Of a stretch of 33,929 nt of DNA, positions 1 through 7,083 are shown piece after piece; the stretch's first letter is position 1; every line of letters starts with the position of its first letter. The position numbers and the translations under genes are program-made. The notes under the pieces are model-generated. The model was not told the origin of the DNA. It saw nothing but the letters and a program-made list of their open reading frames with translations, and did not search any database. Source of the stretch: an uncultured delta proteobacterium (lineage in GTDB: Bacteria > Myxococcota_A > Polyangia > Polyangiales > Polyangiaceae); contig CAIOHM010000382.1 in the NCBI GenBank assembly GCA_903858055.1, positions 1-33,929 on the forward strand. Reading direction: 5' to 3'.

Positions 1-927
1 GCGCTCGGCCACCGCGCGCGCCTCCACCGGGGCGAAGGGCTCGAGCGCCGCCGCGAGCTCGGCGACGGTCGCGAAGCGATCACCGGGGCGCTTCGCGAGG
101 CAGCGGCTCACGATGGCCTCGGTCTCTTCCGGCGCGTCGAAGCGGAGCTTCCGAAGTTGGCGCGGCGGCTGCGTGAGGATCTCGCTTGCGAGCGAGGCGA
201 ACGACTGCCCCGAGAAGGGCTTGCGACCGGCGAGCATCTCGAAGAGCACGGCACCGAGCGACCAGATGTCCGTGCGACCGTCGACGTCCACGACGCCGTC
301 GAGCTGCTCCGGCGACATGTAATACGGCGTTCCGAGCACGGTGCCGCCAGGGTTCGTGCGGCCCGGGTCGAGGGCGAGGGCGACCTTCGAGATGCCGAAG
401 TCCACCATACGGAGGAGCGGCGTCTCGTCGTGGCCGAGCGTGACCACGAGGTTCTCGGGCTTCACGTCGCGGTGCACGATGCCGCGCGCGTGCGCCTCCG
501 CCAGCGCTTCGCACGCTTGGATGGTGAGCTCACACGCGAGCTCCACGGGGAGCGGTCCTCGCTCGCGCAGCATCGCGCCCACGGTGCGCCCCTCGAGGTA
601 CTCCATGACGATGTACGGCACGTCGCCGGGGAGCGTGCCGACGTCGTGCACGCGCACCACGTGCTCTCCGCGGAGCTTGGCCGCGGCCTTCGCTTCGAGC
701 GCGAAGCGCTGGCGGAGCTCGCGATCGGCCGCACGCGACGGCAGCAGAAACTTGAGCGCCACGTGCTCTTCGAGCTCGAGGTGCCACGCCTTGAACACGA
801 CACCCATGCCACCGCTGCCGACGATCTCGTCGAGGCGAAACTTGCCGGCAACGACCGTACCGACGCGCACGCCGTGCTCGGCGAGCTCATCCACACGCGG
901 CGCGCTGGCGTCGTCGGTACGCGTCAT
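1..927 (-). CDS. Hanks-type Ser/Thr protein kinase, N-terminal catalytic domain (C-terminal part lies beyond the left window edge)
   Basis: Absent from the ORF track because it has no in-window stop. The reverse complement from ATG (925-927) reads MTRTDDASAPRVDELAEHGVRVGTVVAGKFRLDEIVGSGGMGVVFKAWH...IVHRDVKPENLVV...MVDFGISK...GTPYYMSPEQL. Gly-loop, HRD catalytic loop, DFG and (S)PE motifs are present. The frame stays open to position 1 and has strong GC3 bias. Confidence 0.9.
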   Translation of the reverse strand, partial: MTRTDDASAPRVDELAEHGVRVGTVVAGKFRLDEIVGSGGMGVVFKAWHLELEEHVALKFLLPSRAADRELRQRFALEAKAAAKLRGEHVVRVHDVGTLPGDVPYIVMEYLEGRTVGAMLRERGPLPVELACELTIQACEALAEAHARGIVHRDVKPENLVVTLGHDETPLLRMVDFGISKVALALDPGRTNPGGTVLGTPYYMSPEQLDGVVDVDGRTDIWSLGAVLFEMLAGRKPFSGQSFASLASEILTQPPRQLRKLRFDAPEETEAIVSRCLAKRPGDRFATVAELAAALEPFAPVEARAVAER

Positions 928-981
928 TCGGCCTCATTGTTCACGCCTCGGGGCCGGAGGGCACGAATCAAAGTGGTGAAA

Positions 982-1938
982 TCACCGAAAAAAAATCGTC
1001 CGCGCCACGGCTTCCACAAGCGGAACGCTCACGAGCGAGAGCACGGTGCTGAGGAAGACCCCCCGTGCCGCCAATGTTGCGTCGGCGCCGAAACGAAGGG
1101 CGAGCGCACCCGCGCTGAAGGCGACCGGCATCGCAGAAATGAGAAGCACGATCTCACGCGTGAGGGGATCGAGGCCACCGAGCCCGAGCGCCGCAACGAG
1201 CGCGAGGAGCGCGGCCACGACGAGCGGCATGACGACGAGGCGTGACGCGAGGACGCTCGCCACGGCACGATCGACCGTGGTCACGGTGGAGCCAAAGAGC
1301 TGCGCGCCCACGGTGACCGGCGTGAGCCACACCGCGCTCTCGCCGAAGCGATCGACGCACCAGCGCAGCACGCGAAAAACGTCGCCGCTCGGGTACGTGA
1401 GCCCCGAGAGCGCGAGACCGATGCCCGCGGCCGTGCCCCAAAGGCCCATGTTGCGCGCGAGCACGCGGAGCGGGTTCTCGGCGCTCCGCCCCGCGAGCAG
1501 GAGCACGCCCACGGTCCAAAGGAAGAATTGCGCGCCGACGTTGCCGAGGAGCACCACCTGCGCCCCTGGGGCCCCGTAACGCCAGAGCACGATGGGGAGC
1601 GGCAGGAAGATCCAGTTGGGCATGGCCACGCAGAAGCGTACGGAGCGCCGCGCCTCGCTCCCGAGACCAAGGAGCCGCGCCCCAACCTCGCCCACGAGCG
1701 CGCCAAGCACGAGCACCCCGCCCATGAGCAACGGGATGGCGACGCGCGCGCGGAGCAGCGGCCCGCTCATGGCCCCGATGCGCGAGAGGCACAGGAGCGG
1801 GAACGCCGCGTCGGTGAGGAGCGCCGCGAGCGTGTGGTTGCGCGCCGTCGTGAGCACCCGGTGGCGCGCGAGCAGGTGACCGACGCCGATAAGCGCCATC
1901 GTCACCGCGAGCACCGCGAAGGTCGAGAGCACGCTCAC
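982..1938 (-). CDS. AEC (auxin efflux carrier) family permease
   Basis: C-terminal 318 aa of track ORF 982..2124. It is a polytopic hydrophobic protein (VSVLSTFAVLAVTMALIGVGHLL...VFLSTVLSLVSVPLV) with the AEC-like two-half architecture. I chose GTG at 1936-1938, which overlaps the upstream stop as GTGA. The Arg-rich N-terminal extension of the track ORF overlaps the methyltransferase gene and looks non-coding. The exact start is uncertain; a second GTG lies at 1930-1932. Confidence 0.75.
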   Translation of the reverse strand: MSVLSTFAVLAVTMALIGVGHLLARHRVLTTARNHTLAALLTDAAFPLLCLSRIGAMSGPLLRARVAIPLLMGGVLVLGALVGEVGARLLGLGSEARRSVRFCVAMPNWIFLPLPIVLWRYGAPGAQVVLLGNVGAQFFLWTVGVLLLAGRSAENPLRVLARNMGLWGTAAGIGLALSGLTYPSGDVFRVLRWCVDRFGESAVWLTPVTVGAQLFGSTVTTVDRAVASVLASRLVVMPLVVAALLALVAALGLGGLDPLTREIVLLISAMPVAFSAGALALRFGADATLAARGVFLSTVLSLVSVPLVEAVARTIFFR

Positions 1939-2669
1939 CGCTTCTTGGCGACAAGCACCGCAAAGCCCGCGAAATACGCGGCGGGCGTGGCCATGAGCCC
2001 GTGCTCGAGGGCGCGGAGCGCAGAGCCCAGCACGGGTACGCGCAAGAGCGGAGCAGCAGCGGTGACGATGCGCACGCCGCGCACGCCCTCGAGCTCGAGG
2101 CTCGGCGGGAGCATGCCGCGCCACGCGTTGGGCGAGTCGAAGCGGGTGTAGACCGCAGATTCATCCCGCGTCTGCGAGATGCGCCCCGCGGGGCCGAGCT
2201 TCTTGGCGAGGGCACGGAACGACCACCCGTTGTAGAGCTCCGCGAGCACGTAGCCGCCGGGCCTCACGACGCGCGCCATCTCGGCGAGGGCCCTTTCGAT
2301 CTCCTCCACGTGGGCGAGCACCTTGAACGAGCAGGCGACGTCGAAGCTCGCGTCTTCGTACGGGAGGGCCGTGACACTCGCCTCACGAACGGAGAGCCCC
2401 CGTGCGCGCGCCTTCTCGAGCATGCCCGGGGAGAGATCACAGCCTTCCGCGCGCGACGCGAAGCCGGAGATGCGCTCGAGAAGCAGGCCCGTGCCGCAGC
2501 CGCACTCGAGGACCTCTTTGCCGCGCGCGAAGGGCTCGAGCGCCGCGATCTCGAGATCGTCGATGAGCGCGTGGTAGCCGCTCGCGTCGTTCGGACGCCG
2601 CTGGTTTTCGTACCACGACGCAAAGTCGTCGTAATACTTCTTCGTGGCTTCGAGGCTCGGGTCGACCAT
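1935..2669 (-). CDS. Class I SAM-dependent methyltransferase
   Basis: Track ORF of 244 aa. SAM-binding motif I is VLECGCGTG, followed by the acidic-loop CDLSPGML and motif II/III-like FDVACSFKVLAHV...LAEMARVVRPGGYV. ATG at 2667-2669. The stop overlaps the AEC start (GTGA). Confidence 0.85.
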   Translation of the reverse strand: MVDPSLEATKKYYDDFASWYENQRRPNDASGYHALIDDLEIAALEPFARGKEVLECGCGTGLLLERISGFASRAEGCDLSPGMLEKARARGLSVREASVTALPYEDASFDVACSFKVLAHVEEIERALAEMARVVRPGGYVLAELYNGWSFRALAKKLGPAGRISQTRDESAVYTRFDSPNAWRGMLPPSLELEGVRGVRIVTAAAPLLRVPVLGSALRALEHGLMATPAAYFAGFAVLVAKKR

Positions 2670-2770
2670 GGGGGTGAGCCCTTAGCCCGCTTTGGCTCCG
2701 CGCGCGAATCACGGCTTGCCACGCTGGGAAGACGCGGGGCGCCGTGCCACACTCGGCGGACCTGACGCCG

Positions 2771-4324
2771 ATGTCCCCTGCCCCTTCCCCGCTCGTCCTC
2801 GCCTTCGTCGACCCGCCCCACGGAACCCGTGGCGGCGACTGGTACTACCGAGCCTACGTGCCGGGCGAGGCGCTCGCCGGGCGCGAGGGCGTGCACGTGG
2901 TCTACCTCCAGAACAACCACCGTGCGCGGAAGGAGATCCTCCGCGAAGCCGACGTGGTCGTGCTCAACGCCGTCTGCGATCAAGACCTCTTCCCCGTGAT
3001 CGCGGCGCGCAAGGCCGCCGGGCGCGTGACCGTCTTCGAGATCAACGACGACTTCCGCGCGGTGCAGGCCTCGAACCCCGTCGCACGGTTCTTCGCGGAG
3101 GCCGGCAACCGCCGCATCCTCTTTCGCCTCGCGCACCTGTGCGGGGCGAACCAGTTCACGGTGCCCGAGCTCCGTCGCCTCTACGGCGCGTTCGCGAAGC
3201 GGCACGCGGTCTTCACCAACCAGCTCCCCCGCATGCCCGCGCTGCGAAGTCGCGACGCGAACGGGCGCGTGATCCTCGGCTGGGGCGGGTCCAAGGGGCA
3301 CCTCGAAGACATGCGCCGGGTCGCACCCACGCTGCGCGCCATGCTGACCGATCTGCCCGACCTCGAGCTGCGCATCATGGGCGCCGACGCCATCGCGGAC
3401 CTCTTCCGCGACCTCCCCGCCGATCGCTTCCGGCACGTGCCGAGCGGGACCATCGACGAGTACCACGCGTTCGTCGACACGCTCGACCTCGGCCTCGCGC
3501 CGCTCGAGAACGACGGCTTCAACCGCAGCCGCTCCGACGTGAAGTTCCTCGAATACGCGTGCCACGGCGTCGTGCCCATCGTGCAGCGGCTGGAGCCCTA
3601 CCTCGCGAGCGTGGAGCACGGCGTGAACGGCTTCCTCTTCGACACGCCCGAAGAGCTCGCATCGTACGTCACGCGTCTCGTGCACGAGCCCGAACTGCGC
3701 GCCCGCGTCTCGCACGACGCGCACGCCTCGGTCGCAACCACCCGACTCCAGGCGCTGCACACCGACGAGCGCATTGCATTCTACACCGACCTCCTCGCCG
3801 AGGCTGGGCACCGGCCACGCACGACCACCGAGACCGAAGCGCTCGTGGGCCGCTGGCGCACGCTCGCCGGTGCACGCAACGAGGGCCGCTTCGTGCTGCT
3901 CGAAGCGACGGACTACGAGAAGCACCTCCACGCGGGCCTCCTCGCAGGTCAGCGTGACCGCGACCTCGGGACCGCACGCCGCCACTTCGAGGCCGCGGCC
4001 GCCTTGTGCCCGAGCGACCACCTCCCGTGGCTCTACCTCGGCACGCTCTGCGACGAGCTCACCGCCACCGCGAAGGCCGTCGAACTCGAGCCCCGTTCGA
4101 TCAGCGCGCTCCTCGCCGTGGGCCGCGCCTTCGCCGCGGCGCACGAGCCGAGAGCCCTCCAACTGCTCCTGCGCGCCGCCGAGCTCGAGCCGACTTTCGA
4201 GGTCCCCTACGCGGCGGTCGCTTCGTTCTTCGAGAGCGCGGGGAACGCGGCCAATGCAGCCGAATTCCAGGCTTTCGCCGATGCGCGCGCGGCCGGCTTC
4301 GACGATCCGCCGCCGGTCGCGTGA
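2771..4324 (+). CDS. GT-B fold glycosyltransferase fused to a C-terminal TPR-like region
   Basis: Track ORF 2744..4324. The central part has a GT1/GT4-like C-terminal Rossmann signature (GWGGSKGH...LGLAPLENDGFNRSRSDVKFLEYACHGVVPIVQRLEPY...GVNGFLFDTPEEL). The last ~130 aa are helical repeats (HFEAAAALCPSDHLPWLYLGTLC...AVELEPRSISALLAVGRAF...AAELEPTFEVPYAAVASFF). The start is either GTG 2744 or ATG 2771; I list ATG 2771. Confidence 0.7.
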   Translation: MSPAPSPLVLAFVDPPHGTRGGDWYYRAYVPGEALAGREGVHVVYLQNNHRARKEILREADVVVLNAVCDQDLFPVIAARKAAGRVTVFEINDDFRAVQASNPVARFFAEAGNRRILFRLAHLCGANQFTVPELRRLYGAFAKRHAVFTNQLPRMPALRSRDANGRVILGWGGSKGHLEDMRRVAPTLRAMLTDLPDLELRIMGADAIADLFRDLPADRFRHVPSGTIDEYHAFVDTLDLGLAPLENDGFNRSRSDVKFLEYACHGVVPIVQRLEPYLASVEHGVNGFLFDTPEELASYVTRLVHEPELRARVSHDAHASVATTRLQALHTDERIAFYTDLLAEAGHRPRTTTETEALVGRWRTLAGARNEGRFVLLEATDYEKHLHAGLLAGQRDRDLGTARRHFEAAAALCPSDHLPWLYLGTLCDELTATAKAVELEPRSISALLAVGRAFAAAHEPRALQLLLRAAELEPTFEVPYAAVASFFESAGNAANAAEFQAFADARAAGFDDPPPVA

Positions 4325-4344
4325 CCGCGGCCCACACGCACGAA

Positions 4345-4368
4345 AGGCCCACCCTCGCGGGCAGGCCT
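4345..4368. terminator. Weak candidate bidirectional hairpin between convergent genes
   Basis: AGGCC(4345-4349)/GGCCT(4364-4368) plus inner CCC(4352-4354)/GGG(4359-4361), with symmetric 2x2 internal loops. There is only a TTT on the minus-strand side and no clear U-tract on the plus side. Confidence 0.25.
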
Positions 4369-4393
4369 CTCTCGATCCGCGACCCTCGTCAGG

Positions 4394-6808
4394 TCAGTCG
4401 ATCATCGCGCACATCTCGGGGCGCGGCGCCCCGCCGGTCGAGCCACCGGAAGAGGAGGTCGGCGATGGGAGCTGCGCCGTCGCGATGCGCCCGAGGTCCG
4501 CGGCGCGGCTCGCGACCGCCCCCGCCGTCGAGAGCGTGACGACGTCGTTCTCGTAGAAGAACGTGCGGCGCGGCTGCACCGTGTAGCCGCACATGTTCGG
4601 GTCCACGCCGCTGCGGCCGAAGATCTGCGCGTGGTCGACGAAGCCGAGGCGATCGACCGCCGCGCCCGCGTTGTTCGTCACGTCGATCTTGAAGAACTCG
4701 AAGGTCGCGGCGTACGAGCCTCCGGTCCAGCGCTGCATCGGGATGGCGAGCATCTTGTTGACGGGGCTGTAGGTGAACGCCTTGTGGTTGTTCTCCGCTT
4801 CGGAGCTCGCCCAACCTTGGTCGTTGCCGAAGACGAACTTGCCCTGCACGCGCGGCTGCGTCTTGTCCGTCACGTCGAAGAGCTGAATCGCGAGCCCCGT
4901 CACGCGGCCCTGCTCGGTCGCGTCCTTGCCGATGGTGAGCAGGTGGTTCTCGTCCACCGGCTGCATGTACTCGCTGAAGCCCGGAATCTTGAGCTCGCCG
5001 AGCTTCACGGGCAGCGCCGGATTCGTGAGGTCGAAGACGAAGAGCGGATCCGTCTGGCGGAAGGTCACGACGTAAGCGTAGTTGCCAACGAAGCGCGTCG
5101 AGTAGATGAGCTCGGTCGGCGCGATGGCGCCCGCGTCACCGCGGAGCGCGAGCGAGGCGCCCTGGGTCGCGAGCGTGAAGAGGTGGTTCACGCGCGGGGG
5201 CGCGCTCGAGATCGCGACGCCCGCCGGCGGGGGTGCCGCGAGGGCGAAGTCCTCTGTGGTGGTCACGCGCACGAAGCCGTCTTTGCTGTCGATCGCGAAC
5301 TGATCTTTGAGGAACCCCGGGACCGAGCCCGAAGCCGTGTAGGTGGGGCGCCCCGTCGAGGCGAAGGCGAAGCGGTGCAGGTGCGTGCGCGTCGAGGCGG
5401 TCCAGGTCACGCCGTCCGCTGTCGTGAAGTCGTTCGCCTGGAAGCTCCCGCCCGGCTGCGAAGGCTGCGGCGACGGCGGCGACGAGGGCGTATCCGCCGA
5501 ACCGGAACCTGCGGAACCGTCCGAGGACCCCGCCGAGGGCGGGCTCACCGCGACGTCGACGCCGCCCGAGGAGACCGACGCCCACCCGATGCCGCCGTAC
5601 CAAGCGCGGCTCGCGAGCACGAGCTCACCGGCGTTGCCATAGACGACATCGGTGCCGCCGAGGATACCTGTACTCTGCACACCCGCCGAGACGTTCGCGA
5701 GATCGAGCGCGTGGACCTGCGTCACGCCCGCCTGCGTCGTGGCGACTTGCGGGAAGTACATGTCGCCGCACGAGACCGCGTCGGAGACCGGCGTGTTGAC
5801 GCCCGAGCGCACGAAGGAGACCGGGAGCCAGTCGCGGTACGTGGTTGCGTTCACGCTCGCGTGGAGCCGAGCACGCACGGTCTCGAGGCGCGCCACGGCC
5901 TCGGCGATCGTCGCCGGTTGCGTGGACCAAGACGGGTCCCACTGCAGCGAGCGCGGCTCGTGGAGCGCGCCCGTGAGCACGATGCGCACCTGGTTGTCGA
6001 CGCGGCGCGAAGAGACGTAGTTCCCCTCGAAGTATTGCTCCGAGAGGACGCGCGGCGCGTTGTTCTCGACCGAGAGCACGGTCACCTTCGTAACAGGGCG
6101 GTAGTACGGGTAGCTGCCTGCGTAGTCGTCCATCGCGACGGGAGCGCCGAGCGCCCGCGTGTCGTCGTATGCGCCGCGGTTGGGGAGGTTCGCGCGCTGG
6201 TAGAGCGCGGTGCCGTCGACCTGCGAGAACACGACGGCCTTCCCCTCGTGCACGAACATCTCCATCGGCGACCCTTCGAGGTTGAGCGCGGAGCCGTTTC
6301 CGAGGTCGGCGAGCTGCGCCGTGGGGAAGGCCTTCAGCGTGCGGAGCTGCGAGCCATGCAGCACCCACAGGTAGCGACCATCGGTCTTCGCGATATCGGC
6401 TTCGTCGACGCCCGCGACTTGCGTGTTCGTGTCGGTGAAGGTCGAGGCCTTCGGCGTGCTCTCGGCGCCGCTCGCGCCTGCGTTCGCGCCCGGAGGGGCC
6501 GAGGGCGATGCCACCGGTGCGCCCGTCGCGGCGTCGTCGTAGACCGCCCCGCCGCGGCCATAGCCGTACCACCAGTACGAGGGCCCGTAGGCGCGGACCA
6601 TCGCGATCGCGTGGTCGATGCTCGCGTCGATCTTTGCGTTCGCGTCGTCGCGCAGGTTGGCCGTGAGGTCGGCGCAGGAGGTGGCGCGCACCAGCGAGGC
6701 GGTCGACGCCGAGAAGTCGCTCGCGGGTCCCTTCACGGGCGAGCTGCAGGCGGCAAGACCGAAGGCGGCGAGAAGCGGAAGGGCAGACGGGACACTCGAG
6801 AGACGCAT
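4394..6808 (-). CDS. Secreted lipoprotein with beta-propeller domain (PF09826 Beta_propel-like), function unknown
   Basis: Track ORF 4394..7102, trimmed to ATG 6806-6808. GGAGGA (6818-6823) lies 9 nt upstream. The N-terminus MRLSSVPSALPLLAAFGLAAC is a lipoprotein signal peptide with lipobox LAAC. The signature TNTQVAGVDEADIAKTDGRYLWVL is typical of the secreted beta-propeller family. An internal Ser/Gly/Pro-rich linker is present (SSGGVDVAVSPPSAGSSDGSAGSGSADTPSSPPSPQPSQPGG). Confidence 0.8.
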   Translation of the reverse strand: MRLSSVPSALPLLAAFGLAACSSPVKGPASDFSASTASLVRATSCADLTANLRDDANAKIDASIDHAIAMVRAYGPSYWWYGYGRGGAVYDDAATGAPVASPSAPPGANAGASGAESTPKASTFTDTNTQVAGVDEADIAKTDGRYLWVLHGSQLRTLKAFPTAQLADLGNGSALNLEGSPMEMFVHEGKAVVFSQVDGTALYQRANLPNRGAYDDTRALGAPVAMDDYAGSYPYYRPVTKVTVLSVENNAPRVLSEQYFEGNYVSSRRVDNQVRIVLTGALHEPRSLQWDPSWSTQPATIAEAVARLETVRARLHASVNATTYRDWLPVSFVRSGVNTPVSDAVSCGDMYFPQVATTQAGVTQVHALDLANVSAGVQSTGILGGTDVVYGNAGELVLASRAWYGGIGWASVSSGGVDVAVSPPSAGSSDGSAGSGSADTPSSPPSPQPSQPGGSFQANDFTTADGVTWTASTRTHLHRFAFASTGRPTYTASGSVPGFLKDQFAIDSKDGFVRVTTTEDFALAAPPPAGVAISSAPPRVNHLFTLATQGASLALRGDAGAIAPTELIYSTRFVGNYAYVVTFRQTDPLFVFDLTNPALPVKLGELKIPGFSEYMQPVDENHLLTIGKDATEQGRVTGLAIQLFDVTDKTQPRVQGKFVFGNDQGWASSEAENNHKAFTYSPVNKMLAIPMQRWTGGSYAATFEFFKIDVTNNAGAAVDRLGFVDHAQIFGRSGVDPNMCGYTVQPRRTFFYENDVVTLSTAGAVASRAADLGRIATAQLPSPTSSSGGSTGGAPRPEMCAMID

Positions 6809-6834
6809 GGGTTCAATTCCTCCGACGGTCGTTA

Positions 6835-6850
6835 CGCAAAGGCAATGCCA
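6835..6850 (-). promoter_or_regulatory. Candidate sigma-54 (-24/-12) promoter for the beta-propeller lipoprotein gene
   Basis: The minus strand 6850->6835 reads TGGCATTGCCTTTGCG. This is TGGCAT-N5-TTGC with the canonical GG-N10-GC spacing (consensus TGGCAC-N5-TTGC). The predicted +1 is near 6824, directly 5' of the GGAGGA RBS. Confidence 0.45.
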
Positions 6851-6914
6851 ACGGCACCACGGGCCGGAGTCCAGGTTTATTCCATCGACGCCGCGCGACC
6901 GGCCGCACCCAAAC

Positions 6915-6941
6915 GTGCCATGCTGTGCCAACCATGTGCCA
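6915..6941. repeat. Three direct GTGCCA (minus strand TGGCAC) repeats at 10/11-bp phasing
   Basis: GTGCCA occurs at 6915-6920, 6925-6930 and 6936-6941. On the minus strand the region reads GGTGGCACATGGTTGGCACAGCATGGCACG. It lies 65-105 bp upstream of the candidate -24 element. The sub-site 6941->6926, TGGCACATGGTTGGCA, also keeps GG-N10-GC spacing. Confidence 0.5.
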
Positions 6942-7030
6942 CCGGCGTCGCGCAAAAAAACGACGCACCGCGTTTCAACGCCGTTGCGCGGCGGCGGAAT
7001 CGACCCCATCCTCCCGCTCGCCGCACTGAG

Positions 7031-7044
7031 TGAACAGTCATTCA
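7031..7044 (+). promoter_or_regulatory. Imperfect palindrome TGAACAGTCATTCA upstream of fadN, candidate repressor operator
   Basis: TGAA-N6-TTCA dyad located 40-53 bp upstream of the fadN ATG, in the least GC-rich part of the divergent intergenic region. It resembles the dyad operators used by TetR/FadR-type dimers. No cognate regulator gene is present in the window. Confidence 0.2.
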
Positions 7045-7083
7045 TTCTCGGGCGGCGATGGATTTCACCATCCAGGAGTGCGC

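Noticed and set aside
988-995. A8 (T8 on the coding strand) homopolymer at the 3' end of the AEC permease gene, considered as a slippage or phase-variation site or terminator U-tract
   Set aside because: It encodes the terminal Ile-Phe-Phe. A frameshift would change only the last two or three residues. The preceding sequence forms no convincing hairpin.
2717-2756. TGCCACGCTGGG / TGCCACACTCGG direct repeat (10/12, 28 bp apart), read as TGGCA-type sigma-54 -24 elements on the minus strand
   Set aside because: Neither copy has a GC dinucleotide at the required GG-N10-GC position (TGGCACGGCGCCCCGCG and TGGCAAGCCGTGATTCG). I therefore do not call a sigma-54 promoter. The direct repeat itself remains unexplained, and the second copy overlaps the possible GTG start of the glycosyltransferase.
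6806-6826. tRNA T-loop-like string GGGTTCAATTCCTCC
   Set aside because: There is no acceptor, D or anticodon arm around it, and the flanking stem does not pair. The string is explained by the start codon plus the complement of the GGAGGA RBS of the lipoprotein gene.
2264-7033. 632-aa minus ORF (2264..4162) and 800-aa plus ORF (4631..7033)
   Set aside because: They are shadows of the glycosyltransferase-TPR gene and the beta-propeller lipoprotein gene respectively. The opposite-strand frames carry the recognisable motifs and signal peptide.
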